The notes below the pieces were generated by a model. It did not search any database, was not told the DNA's origin, and worked only from the letters and a program-made list of their open reading frames with translations. Position numbers and translations under genes: made by a program. A stretch of DNA of 64,000 nt from a virus: positions 1-64,000 of the IMG/VR virus record IMGVR_UViG_3300020478_001251; one strand, 5' to 3'. Positions 28,034 through 37,941 of this stretch are shown piece after piece; the stretch's first letter is position 1; each line of letters begins with the position of its first letter.

Positions 28034-28726
28034 TTAATCAAGTTTTTTAATAAAACAAGTGAGCATAAACCTAAACCAATTTACTACTGGTGTAACTTCA
28101 TGTGTTGCCTCTGAATTAAAATCTACTACTACCATATCACCCCTTTTTGGTCTGTATTCAAATATTGTTTGATATACTGGAGTTTTAGTATAAGTCATAT
28201 CTTCTTCAAATTTTATAGTGCGTTTTTTAGTTTTTTTTCTACCAACCAAAAGTCCACCACTAGCATTTTCTGGCATTGAATTTAATGGTATTAAAATTGC
28301 ACAAATTTTATCGTCTTCATCATCATAACTTTTATCAGAATGAGCTTCTATATGTGAACCTGGTGGATAAATTTGAATTTGAGTATGTGTTACACCTAAT
28401 TTATCTTTAGGTATGTTATAATTTTTTGAAACCCAGGAGGTTATTTTTTCTTTTAATGGCCAATCTGAATTAAAAAAATGTAAAGGACGAGTAAACCAAA
28501 CCTGTGATATTGATTCAATTGTATCATTACGATATTGATATATATCATCAAATTTTATAGTATCAAATTCTTTACGGAACTGCATTGAGTATTCATTATC
28601 AACGAGATTAGCATTAAATGTAACTGAAAAATTATCGTGGTCACCTAAGTTTTCATTAAAAATTTTATCGAAATTATCTTTCGTAATATAATTTTCTACT
28701 ATATAAAAATCATTTTTCATATCCAA
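28034..28726 (-). CDS. 2OG-Fe(II) oxygenase (prolyl-4-hydroxylase-like fold)
   Basis: IYPPGSHIEAHSD, GGLL, HEVTPV...R. Confidence 0.85.
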   Translation of the reverse strand: MDMKNDFYIVENYITKDNFDKIFNENLGDHDNFSVTFNANLVDNEYSMQFRKEFDTIKFDDIYQYRNDTIESISQVWFTRPLHFFNSDWPLKEKITSWVSKNYNIPKDKLGVTHTQIQIYPPGSHIEAHSDKSYDDEDDKICAILIPLNSMPENASGGLLVGRKKTKKRTIKFEEDMTYTKTPVYQTIFEYRPKRGDMVVVDFNSEATHEVTPVVNWFRFMLTCFIKKLD

Positions 28727-29762
28727 TTAAATCTAAAACAACTTCATTAACAAATTTTTTAGTTAATAAAGATGAAGTATGACCATACCAATTTTGTTCT
28801 AAATATCTCCTCTGTTGTGTTTCATCCATATCATTCAACTCTCTCCATAATACAACTGGTAAATCACTTTGTTGTGTTTCATCAAAGTTTCTAATACTCC
28901 ATTCTATCATACCACCATATTGATGTATATCTTCTTCTTCAAAAAACCACCACTTATCAAAATCAATTCTATCAGCATATGTTTTAACATATGGATTGTC
29001 ATAAATAATTATATCATCGTTCCAAGTTTGTGCAACTCTTTTATCTTTAATTAATTGTTGATAAACATCTCCATCCCAAATGCCATCAGGTGGTGTTTTT
29101 CCTTGTAAAGCTGTTTTTGAAAAATTATTATTCATATTAAAACAATGAAATTTATCTATACCAATATTTTCTAACCAACTTGTTAATCCAATATATGAAT
29201 CAAACCATTCAATATATCGTTCTTCTTTAGTTAAAACATCTAAAAAATACTTTTCAGAATAATCATCAAGGTATTGTTCAGTTTTATTAAACCCACCAGT
29301 CATATAAAAATATCCATGTTCATAACAATGATGTTTATCACCAAATTTTAAATAATCTGTAGTGTGTGGTGGTGGTTGTTGATTTATCCCCTGTTGTTGT
29401 ATATCTAATTTCTTAATTTCATTATATTTGTCTGGAGATACAAACCAAGAATTTCTTGTTAAGGTTGTCCATTGTGCAATAACAATAATATCTTTTGGAT
29501 TAACTTTTTTATTAAAAATTAAATCACTTACTTTATAAAAAATACTACGACAAATGGTTTTATTATCATTTGTTATAGTTCCATAATTATAAAACTCATA
29601 ATCATCTTCACCCAAAATATTCCATAACCAATGAAACCAAGTAAAATCTTTTATAGAATCATTTTTCCACCTATGTTCTCTTGAAGCCTTATCAACATTA
29701 ACTTTATAATTATGTGTGAAAGAACATCCTGATGCAATTATATATTTTTTATTTTTCATCAA
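28710..29762 (-). CDS. SGNH/GDSL-like protein
   Basis: IASGCSFT, IAQWT...R, YGHTS; paralogue of 34749-35780. Confidence 0.65.
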   Translation of the reverse strand: MMKNKKYIIASGCSFTHNYKVNVDKASREHRWKNDSIKDFTWFHWLWNILGEDDYEFYNYGTITNDNKTICRSIFYKVSDLIFNKKVNPKDIIVIAQWTTLTRNSWFVSPDKYNEIKKLDIQQQGINQQPPPHTTDYLKFGDKHHCYEHGYFYMTGGFNKTEQYLDDYSEKYFLDVLTKEERYIEWFDSYIGLTSWLENIGIDKFHCFNMNNNFSKTALQGKTPPDGIWDGDVYQQLIKDKRVAQTWNDDIIIYDNPYVKTYADRIDFDKWWFFEEEDIHQYGGMIEWSIRNFDETQQSDLPVVLWRELNDMDETQQRRYLEQNWYGHTSSLLTKKFVNEVVLDLIGYEK

Positions 29763-30840
29763 ACAACTCCTCTATTGATTTATATAATGTATTATCATCT
29801 ATTTTTTTACATAACTCAAAATTGTGTTGTATCTCATCTTGTTTTGAATTAAAATAATTATCCCCCCAATCAGAATTTATTTTTTTTAAAATTTCTTTCC
29901 ATTGTAAATAATATTCTTTATTAAGTTCCCAACTAACTTCAGGTTCTATTACATAACCACCTCTATTTTCATATAGTAAAGTTTTATCTACATCAAATCC
30001 ATCGTAGATTTCATCAAAAGTATAAAACCCAAGTTGTTCTAAACATTTTCTATTTCTCATATCAGTAGCATATACTGGTATTCGTTTTGCAAGAAATGGT
30101 AAAATACTTTTTTCAGTTATAATTGGTCCAGAATCATAAGTTTCAAGTACTAAATTATATTTTGATTTAGTTTGTAACTTTACAGCATCTGATAGTAATT
30201 TAGCATTATATTTATGATAATTATTTATTCGTTTTTTCCATGTTCCCATTTCTTGTTTCTCTGTAAAATATGGAAACTCAATACCATTCCATTCATCAAA
30301 AAAACATTTTTCTACATTCTGCCATTTCCAATGATAATTCCAATAATTTATAAAAAAATTATTTTTATGTTCATAAGTTAATACAAAAAAATTCCACCTC
30401 TTTTCTGTTCCTCTTCTACCCAAGTAAGAACATTGATATTCTGGTTTAACATCAATATCATAAACTTCTGGATGTAGTATTGTAAGACTTTCAATATGAC
30501 ATTTTACTTGGAAATAAACATCCCAACGGCCATTAGAATAACCACAGGTTTGTCTATAAAATTTATCATTACCATATACAAATGGTGCTCTATCATCATT
30601 CCAAAATTCTGATGGAGCTAATCCAATAACTTTTTTATTTTCAAAAAGTTTTGAAACTTTGTTATCAATTTCTTCTACTGGGTTTGCCCACTTATAATAC
30701 TCTCTAATAATAGCATAATTATCATCTTCATACAAGAGAACATCTTCCCAAGTTAATGATACTCCATTTACATCATACAAATCACGATAATATTTTTCAT
30801 CTAATATCTGTAAATTATTCCAATCCATTAATAACCTCAA
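29749..30840 (-). CDS. Putative GT-B glycosyltransferase (GT10-like motif)
   Basis: NLVLETY..ITEKSILPF...LGFYTF...HNF. Confidence 0.5.
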   Translation of the reverse strand: MRLLMDWNNLQILDEKYYRDLYDVNGVSLTWEDVLLYEDDNYAIIREYYKWANPVEEIDNKVSKLFENKKVIGLAPSEFWNDDRAPFVYGNDKFYRQTCGYSNGRWDVYFQVKCHIESLTILHPEVYDIDVKPEYQCSYLGRRGTEKRWNFFVLTYEHKNNFFINYWNYHWKWQNVEKCFFDEWNGIEFPYFTEKQEMGTWKKRINNYHKYNAKLLSDAVKLQTKSKYNLVLETYDSGPIITEKSILPFLAKRIPVYATDMRNRKCLEQLGFYTFDEIYDGFDVDKTLLYENRGGYVIEPEVSWELNKEYYLQWKEILKKINSDWGDNYFNSKQDEIQHNFELCKKIDDNTLYKSIEELFDEK

Positions 30841-31669
30841 TCAAATGTTTACTCCACATTTCTGAACCTTCTTCGTTAGGATGTCCATCATTTCCTTTTG
30901 TATATTTATCACCAACACCACTTAATTGGTTATTGATTTTTCTATATAATACTTCATCATTATAATAATATTTGTGATTTTTTAAATAATCAATTTCTGA
31001 TTTTAAAATACCTGATGTTGAATCGTATTTTGAATAAAAATGTGTATCAGCTGCACCAGGTTCATTTTCATTTACCATAACTTCAAATTTTTCATGATTT
31101 GGATTTGAACCCTCAAGATACCATTTACCATCTATTTTTATTGGAATATGTTGATTGATACCATCAAAAATTAAAAACGGATAACCTTTACCTTCACAAA
31201 AATTTATAAAATTAATTATATGTTTGTGTGTATTATATAATCTTTCAGTAATATTAACAAATATTGGTGCTAAAGCATATCGATTATCAAATACCCATTT
31301 ATTGATTCTATCTTTCATATCCCAATTATCAAATTTTCTATCACCATAAACATCAAACATAAACTGATTTGGTGTAAAAACCATTGGAACACCTTTACTA
31401 TCTAAATCTAAATCTAAAGATACATTATATCTTAAACATTCCGTTAATTGAATTACAAAAAAACTATTTTTTGCTATTTCTGGATACTTCATTGCATACA
31501 AAATAGTATTTGGAATAATACTATCATTAGAACGACCACCTTTTCCTAAATTTATTAATTCTGATTTTAGTTTCTCACTAAGTTTTGTTGCCCAACTTAT
31601 AGGTTGAATTTTGTGTCCCTCAGTAAAAGAACAACCACTTGTAATTAAATAATCTTTATTTATTTTCAT
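30815..31669 (-). CDS. SGNH/GDSL-like protein (DUF6071-like)
   Basis: ITSGCSFTEG, NLGKGGRSND, DGHPNEEG. Confidence 0.75.
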   Translation of the reverse strand: MKINKDYLITSGCSFTEGHKIQPISWATKLSEKLKSELINLGKGGRSNDSIIPNTILYAMKYPEIAKNSFFVIQLTECLRYNVSLDLDLDSKGVPMVFTPNQFMFDVYGDRKFDNWDMKDRINKWVFDNRYALAPIFVNITERLYNTHKHIINFINFCEGKGYPFLIFDGINQHIPIKIDGKWYLEGSNPNHEKFEVMVNENEPGAADTHFYSKYDSTSGILKSEIDYLKNHKYYYNDEVLYRKINNQLSGVGDKYTKGNDGHPNEEGSEMWSKHLIEVINGLE

Positions 31670-32513
31670 TTTTAATCTTTAGTATTGAGTTATAAAGTGA
31701 GTTTGCAAAAAATTGATTACCTTCTATATTCATATGACCATCTTTTCTGTATTCTATAGGAAAAACTTCAGCAAATACATCACTCCAACAATCTATTACT
31801 TTACCATCTGAAAATCGACCATTGTTTGGTAAGCGTGTATATATTGGTGGTGTTAATTTAGGACATTCTAATAAATTTTCCCAACCATTATGCCTATCTT
31901 TTAGAAGATAATAAATAGTTTCAGATTGCTCTATATTTTTTTTCTTTGATTCTTCTCTAAGATGGTTTTCATCTAAACTATTTAAAACATCTTCAAGTAA
32001 ATCTTTTGGTTCTAATAACCATTGATAAACTTCAGCACCAGTACTTTTTAGTAATTTATAAGCATGGGATTGTTTAAGATACCAATGTGCAAATAAAACT
32101 TGGTCACTTTTATAATTCATGTCAATCAAATCTTCTCGTTTATAATCCTTACCATAATTAGCTTTAAAGTGCTCCATTATACTCGTATGCCAATTAACCC
32201 ATCGTTTATCTTTAGTAGGTTTACTAACAAGTTCTGAAGATTGTATTCGTGTTGAATAAGAAGCATTAAAGATAACTACATCATCAGGTTTAATTAAACC
32301 TAAATGAACCTTTGTCATAACATTTAAGAATATGATACCAATACCACAACCACCATCACCTTCAACTGGAACAGAAAAACCTCTATCAGCTACTCTAATT
32401 TGTTTTGGTAATCTTATACCCAATTTTTTTGCTAATATTGTAGCCCACCACTCATCATGTGAAACTCCACTTGGTGTAGTATGTGAACACCCAAATACCC
32501 ATAGTTTACTCAT
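31656..32513 (-). CDS. SGNH/GDSL-like protein
   Basis: WVFGCSHT, WATILAKKL, DGHMNIEGN. Confidence 0.7.
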   Translation of the reverse strand: MSKLWVFGCSHTTPSGVSHDEWWATILAKKLGIRLPKQIRVADRGFSVPVEGDGGCGIGIIFLNVMTKVHLGLIKPDDVVIFNASYSTRIQSSELVSKPTKDKRWVNWHTSIMEHFKANYGKDYKREDLIDMNYKSDQVLFAHWYLKQSHAYKLLKSTGAEVYQWLLEPKDLLEDVLNSLDENHLREESKKKNIEQSETIYYLLKDRHNGWENLLECPKLTPPIYTRLPNNGRFSDGKVIDCWSDVFAEVFPIEYRKDGHMNIEGNQFFANSLYNSILKIKNENK

Positions 32514-33588
32514 TAATATACTCCACTATTCTTTTTAAAGAACCTTTCCAAAATTCATTTATCAATATATCCCTATTTTGTTTAGTTTGAAGTTTGTATT
32601 GATATGAAAACTCCTTTAAATCCTCTCTACTATAAGTAAGTATTTTTTTCAATTGTTTTTCAATAGAATTTAATCTTTCTTCTGAATTAGTTATATCATC
32701 ATAATCATGTGTCCAAATATCATATGAAAAATTAAATCCAAAGTTATCTTCTAATTTTTTTATAGTTTGTGGATAATTTAACATTATAAAAGGCATACCA
32801 CACAATATAGGTTTAAGTGTTTTTTCTGAAACATGGTGTATAAAATTATCATCATAAAAACAAGTTTCTCCCACAATATCAAAACAACTATTTAAATAAA
32901 ATCCCCAATTGATTGTTATACCAATTGATACTAAATGGTGATTAGAAGTTTCATATTTATAATCAAGTTTTTTTGGTAAAAGTTTTATTACATCAAACGA
33001 TAAATATTCATCATCTCTATCCTGAACATCATGAACCCATGTGATTCCTTTTGGTAAATCATAATCAATCTTTGAACTTGTCCAATATAAACTATCCAAT
33101 AAATTATTTAAATGTAAAAAATTAAGAATTTTTAATTTATGAAATCTTGGATGTCCTGCAAAAAACATTCCCTTTTTCTGTGGCAATAAATAATTTCTAT
33201 TAAAATCCTTTTGTAAATCATCATAAGAATCAAGTATATCAACAAAATCTTTCATTCTAAACATTTGTTGGTCATAATATAAATAATTTAATTCTTTAAA
33301 ATCAAGTGATTTAGATATAACTTTAAAATCACGCTTTAATTTTTTATTTAATGATTTATAAACAGCCTTACCAATACCATCATTGGATGAAGTATCAATC
33401 AATAGTTTTTTACATTTTATTTTATTTAAAAAATCAAAGTCATTATCTGTTAAATTACCCAAAACATCATATATAAAAACACCCTCACCATCACATTGAC
33501 CATCTTTAACATCAGATTCTTTAATTAAATTATGATATATCAAATCTGAAATAAGAATACTATTTGTATTATTAGTGCACAAATTCAT
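32506..33588 (-). CDS. Putative GT-B glycosyltransferase (GT10-like motif)
   Basis: HPRFHK, DIVGET..VSEKTLKPI..MPFI..GFNF..HDYD. Confidence 0.55.
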   Translation of the reverse strand: MNLCTNNTNSILISDLIYHNLIKESDVKDGQCDGEGVFIYDVLGNLTDNDFDFLNKIKCKKLLIDTSSNDGIGKAVYKSLNKKLKRDFKVISKSLDFKELNYLYYDQQMFRMKDFVDILDSYDDLQKDFNRNYLLPQKKGMFFAGHPRFHKLKILNFLHLNNLLDSLYWTSSKIDYDLPKGITWVHDVQDRDDEYLSFDVIKLLPKKLDYKYETSNHHLVSIGITINWGFYLNSCFDIVGETCFYDDNFIHHVSEKTLKPILCGMPFIMLNYPQTIKKLEDNFGFNFSYDIWTHDYDDITNSEERLNSIEKQLKKILTYSREDLKEFSYQYKLQTKQNRDILINEFWKGSLKRIVEYINE

Positions 33589-34774
33589 TTAACACCTCTA
33601 ATACTTTGTTATCTCTATACCTTAATGTTAACCAATTTTTCCATAATTTAAAATTTTTATTTATCCTTGATTGTACATCTTTTCTTTTATAAAACTTTTT
33701 AATTTGAATATAACTCCAAGAATTAATTTCATTAATAATTTCTAAAGTAGTATCTTGAGCAAATAAATCACTAAAAGTTTCTATACCAACTTCATTCAAA
33801 TATTTATCAAAATCACTATGTGAGTTTGTAAAAATTACACATTTAGCTGCCAGTGGAATTATTGTTTTTTCTGTCATATGATATTGATTAAAATATTTTT
33901 TATCTTGGTTTTTACCTCTATGAAAATCTGGAAAACAAGTTTCATGTATAACTGCAAAATATGATTTTAAGTAATCTTCTACTAAAGGTTCATAATACAT
34001 TTCTTCACGGTCTTGCATCAATTCATTTTCGAGATTTTCTGATGGTTCATTGTGTGGAAATAAATCATAGTAAGTTCGTTTACCAAATTTAGATGGTAAA
34101 GTACTATTGGCACAATAATCATAAAACCTAATTATATTATTATCATTAATTAAATCTGGATAATCTGTTAATAACTTTTCATAATAAGAACCTCTATAAT
34201 GATTCCACTTACGAGCACTACTTATAATTTTTTTAGTTTTCTTTATGTTTATTCTATTTTCAAATATTGGTTTAGTTCCAAAATATCTTCCATCATCATC
34301 TGGATATAAATCATCTTGTAAAAAGTATTCTTTTTTACCAAAATAAACTTGTGGTATAAAATAATGTATTGGTGCGAGATAATTTGGTGCGTGTGTGAAA
34401 TAAGAATATTCTACATCAGAATTTATATTTGGTGTAAATGCAATAATCTCTTTTTTTGTAAAAACATTATCTTCAACTAATAACTTCATTACCTCATATA
34501 ATTTATCATGTCCAATGTTTTGAACAATCTCATCTTTCCATACTAATAATATTTTTATATGTGGATATTCTAATTTTACTTGTTTTACTTCTTGTGCAAA
34601 ATCCTTTGGGTCTTCTGGATAATCACTTCTGTATGGAGCATTGAATGACATAAAATCTGCTTCACCAAAATCATTGGTTGTCATTCCTCTTCCTCTGGGT
34701 GTAGTTAATGTTTTACCAAATAAAAAATCTGGTGCATAAGAATATAAACTATCGTTCTTGTGATAAAATTTCAT
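33572..34774 (-). CDS. Putative GT-B glycosyltransferase (GT10-like motif)
   Basis: SARKWNHYR, AVIHET..MTEKTIIPL..GIETF. Confidence 0.5.
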   Translation of the reverse strand: MKFYHKNDSLYSYAPDFLFGKTLTTPRGRGMTTNDFGEADFMSFNAPYRSDYPEDPKDFAQEVKQVKLEYPHIKILLVWKDEIVQNIGHDKLYEVMKLLVEDNVFTKKEIIAFTPNINSDVEYSYFTHAPNYLAPIHYFIPQVYFGKKEYFLQDDLYPDDDGRYFGTKPIFENRINIKKTKKIISSARKWNHYRGSYYEKLLTDYPDLINDNNIIRFYDYCANSTLPSKFGKRTYYDLFPHNEPSENLENELMQDREEMYYEPLVEDYLKSYFAVIHETCFPDFHRGKNQDKKYFNQYHMTEKTIIPLAAKCVIFTNSHSDFDKYLNEVGIETFSDLFAQDTTLEIINEINSWSYIQIKKFYKRKDVQSRINKNFKLWKNWLTLRYRDNKVLEVLNEFVH

Positions 34775-35780
34775 TTCCTAACAACTCCTCTTTTACAAAT
34801 TTTTCATTCATCATTGCAGATAGATGCCCAAAACACCAATCATTTCTTTTTAATTTCTTTTTTAAATCATCTGGAGTTATACCAGCAAATTCATACCATA
34901 ATCCATTTACATTTTTATCTGTTTCAATATCATAGTTTTTAACTGCCCACTCCATTAAACCACCATAAAGAGTATCTTCATTTTTTAAAAACCAAAATTT
35001 ATCAAAATCAATCATATCAAATAAATGTTGTATATAAGGATTATCATAATTTAAATCTGTATCATCATCTATTGTTTTTGGTATAAACTTATCTATATAA
35101 ATAGAATTATATGGTACTTCTTCATCATTTAATAATCCTGGAAATCCTTGTTTTACATAATAGTTAGAAAAATTATTTTGTAAATTAAAAGATAAATTTT
35201 TTATATCGTGAGATTTTAAATAACTTTGTAAAAATATAATATTTTCAAAAAATCTTATTTGAGATTCTTCTTCTGAAAAAAATTCATCTACATATGTATT
35301 AATTAATTTCTTTATTGGATAAGGAACATGGTCTATTGCAAAACCACCAGTTAACAGATAATAACCATATTGTCCAATTTGACTTTTACCATTAATAAAA
35401 TCGGATATATGTGAATATTCACCATGAACTCCCTTAAATTTATACAACAATGATTTACTTAATCGGGCACGGTCTCTTGATATATAAAATGAATTTCTTT
35501 GCCAACTACTCCATTGAACTAAAACAATAATATCTTTAGGTGATATTCCCTCTTTTAATAATTTATCAACTTTATAAATAATAGATTTTCTAACTACTGA
35601 ATTATCATTGGTTGGACTTCCTAAATTATAAATTTTACTATCATTTAAATTTTCTTTTAAAAAATGTGGCCATTTCCAAATCTTTTTATTATCTTTTAAA
35701 TAATCTAAATCTGTACCATTGATATTATATCGATAATGGTCTCTTGTAAAAGAACACCCACAACAAACTATATGTTTCAT
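34749..35780 (-). CDS. SGNH/GDSL-like protein
   Basis: CCGCSFT, YNLGSPTNDN, VQWSSWQR, FGHLS. Confidence 0.65.
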   Translation of the reverse strand: MKHIVCCGCSFTRDHYRYNINGTDLDYLKDNKKIWKWPHFLKENLNDSKIYNLGSPTNDNSVVRKSIIYKVDKLLKEGISPKDIIVLVQWSSWQRNSFYISRDRARLSKSLLYKFKGVHGEYSHISDFINGKSQIGQYGYYLLTGGFAIDHVPYPIKKLINTYVDEFFSEEESQIRFFENIIFLQSYLKSHDIKNLSFNLQNNFSNYYVKQGFPGLLNDEEVPYNSIYIDKFIPKTIDDDTDLNYDNPYIQHLFDMIDFDKFWFLKNEDTLYGGLMEWAVKNYDIETDKNVNGLWYEFAGITPDDLKKKLKRNDWCFGHLSAMMNEKFVKEELLGNEILSQER

Positions 35781-36514
35781 GTGCCCAAATCCGTATTAAC
35801 GGCTAAGAAATTACAATGTCCAGATAAATCCCAAACTTTATACAAGGTTCTATTATTAAAATTAAAATAAAAAACTAAATCTAATAAAGGATAATGTCCT
35901 TTTAACTCATCTTTATCATTTTTTGTTTTATCTATAAATTCTAAAAGTAAACCATCATCATATTCTACATTTTCTATTAAACCACAATTGTATAAATTAT
36001 AATCACCAAAGAAATAATGGTCATCTCCTACTTGTTTGAAATAATTACCACACCCAAAGTTATAAGGTGTTCCACTAAAGTCTTTTAGTTTTCCCTCATA
36101 AGTAGTTTCTCTTGTAATTAATTTTCCAACATCATCATAAACATGCATTGTAAATGCTTTATTTGCTTCAATATGTCTAATGATAACTAACCATTCTGTA
36201 TCAAAAAGTGTTTTACCTTTAAATTCGTGATTTGTACATAATGTTGTCATACCAAATTCATCAGATTCACCATCTTGATTATACCAAAATTCCCAATTTA
36301 TCGAATCATGGTCTTGATTATAACATAAACCATAATGTAATCCTGGCCTCATCATTACAGAACAAGGAACTTTTGTTTTTATCTTTTTATTAACTTTAAA
36401 TTTTGCCCAAAAAGTAAAATTACCTTGCATAGTTTGACTTGGTGGATGTGTTGTTAAATCATATCTTTGTGTTGGTAACACATAATATAAATTATCTTTA
36501 TTAATTTTAACCAT
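35777..36514 (-). CDS. Stand-alone LamG/concanavalin-like domain protein
   Basis: FTFWAKF...FFGDY...LVFYFNF..KVWDLSGHCN resembles the inserts in the two adjacent GT7 proteins. Confidence 0.55.
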   Translation of the reverse strand: MVKINKDNLYYVLPTQRYDLTTHPPSQTMQGNFTFWAKFKVNKKIKTKVPCSVMMRPGLHYGLCYNQDHDSINWEFWYNQDGESDEFGMTTLCTNHEFKGKTLFDTEWLVIIRHIEANKAFTMHVYDDVGKLITRETTYEGKLKDFSGTPYNFGCGNYFKQVGDDHYFFGDYNLYNCGLIENVEYDDGLLLEFIDKTKNDKDELKGHYPLLDLVFYFNFNNRTLYKVWDLSGHCNFLAVNTDLGT

Positions 36515-37941
36515 TATCTATAACTTCTTTCTACCATAACTCTACATCTATTATAAAAATGTTCAAGTTCAGGAAAAGTTTTACAAAAGTCTGTTCCTCT
36601 TCTTTTATCATGTTCACTAAAGAATTTATAAAAATCTTTTCTATTTTGAATTCGTTCTTTTTTATCTGCAACCAACATCCAATCATAAATTCTTTTTATT
36701 TTTTGAACTTCAATATCTGAGTATCCTATCAACCTTGTTTCAAAATTAGGTGTTGCCATATATTCACTTAATTGTGTTTGTTTGTAAATATTTTGTGCAA
36801 AACTCTTTGGTAAAATTTGAACAGATTGATGTAGTGGATATCGTAAATAACTTGAATCTAAAAATACTGCTGAATTCCAATATCTATCATCAGAACCATA
36901 CATTCTTTTCATATCGTAAATACCATATAACAACTTATCATAATTTGGAACTGATAATGCATTGTATGTTGACATGATTGTAAAATTAACACGATTACAT
37001 TTAGTTAAAATTTTATTACAATTATCCCAAAAACGATTAAACTCTAAACCATTTCTAATATACTCCGCTTGTTCTCCCCAAGATTCTACAGAAGTAAATA
37101 TAATCATTTCTCTAACTCTGCCCTCATCTTCAATTCGTTGTACCTTTTCAATTAACTTATCAATCAAATTATCTGGAACACCCAAATTACTATTAATCGC
37201 CAATTGTAAATTTTTATTTGGATTTGGTTGTTCTATAATATAATCTAATACTCCCCAAGTATCTTTTGATAACAATGGTTCTCCACCTGTGATTCTAAAT
37301 GTATGTAAATCCCTATATAGTTCTGGCCACCATTTCCAAAATGCTTCTGTATATGGATTGTGTTCTCGTTGTGGGATTGGAATTTTATCCTCTGCAATTA
37401 AACCTCTTGGGTCATTAAATCCTGTTGATGTTGGGTAACCACCATATTTATCTATTTCTTCCATCCAAGTGGTAGAATATGCCGGTCCACAATAACTACA
37501 TTTGAAATTACAAGCATTTGAGAAAGCAACCTCTACATATCTTGGATTATAATCTGCTCTCCAATCTAAATTGGCAATTTCATCTGCATGTGGCCAAGAC
37601 CAACTTTCAGCTGATTTAAAAACTCTATCACTAAATCTATCTGAATTATCCTCTACATTCCAACAATAATCACATTCTTTTGGTCTTTGACCAGTCAACA
37701 TTTCTTTTCGTTTTTCTTTCTTAAATTGTGTATTATGTAGAGCAGATGGATTTCTTTTAATCTCTTGTAAATTAATTTTATGTGTTTTTGGATGGTGACA
37801 GGAATGATTATGTCCTGACTGTAATTGTAGTGTTACTTGTGTCCATTTTGCTAAACAAAATCCACAACCTGTTTTATCCAACTTATTCTTTGTTTTTTGA
37901 AATATTGGATTTTCTGCTACTTGGTCTTTATACCCTGCCAT
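36514..37941 (-). CDS. Radical SAM enzyme with auxiliary (twitch-like) Cys motifs
   Basis: CNFKCSYC, TGGEPLL; N-terminal FCLAKW..SCHH..CDYCW. Confidence 0.9.
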   Translation of the reverse strand: MAGYKDQVAENPIFQKTKNKLDKTGCGFCLAKWTQVTLQLQSGHNHSCHHPKTHKINLQEIKRNPSALHNTQFKKEKRKEMLTGQRPKECDYCWNVEDNSDRFSDRVFKSAESWSWPHADEIANLDWRADYNPRYVEVAFSNACNFKCSYCGPAYSTTWMEEIDKYGGYPTSTGFNDPRGLIAEDKIPIPQREHNPYTEAFWKWWPELYRDLHTFRITGGEPLLSKDTWGVLDYIIEQPNPNKNLQLAINSNLGVPDNLIDKLIEKVQRIEDEGRVREMIIFTSVESWGEQAEYIRNGLEFNRFWDNCNKILTKCNRVNFTIMSTYNALSVPNYDKLLYGIYDMKRMYGSDDRYWNSAVFLDSSYLRYPLHQSVQILPKSFAQNIYKQTQLSEYMATPNFETRLIGYSDIEVQKIKRIYDWMLVADKKERIQNRKDFYKFFSEHDKRRGTDFCKTFPELEHFYNRCRVMVERSYR

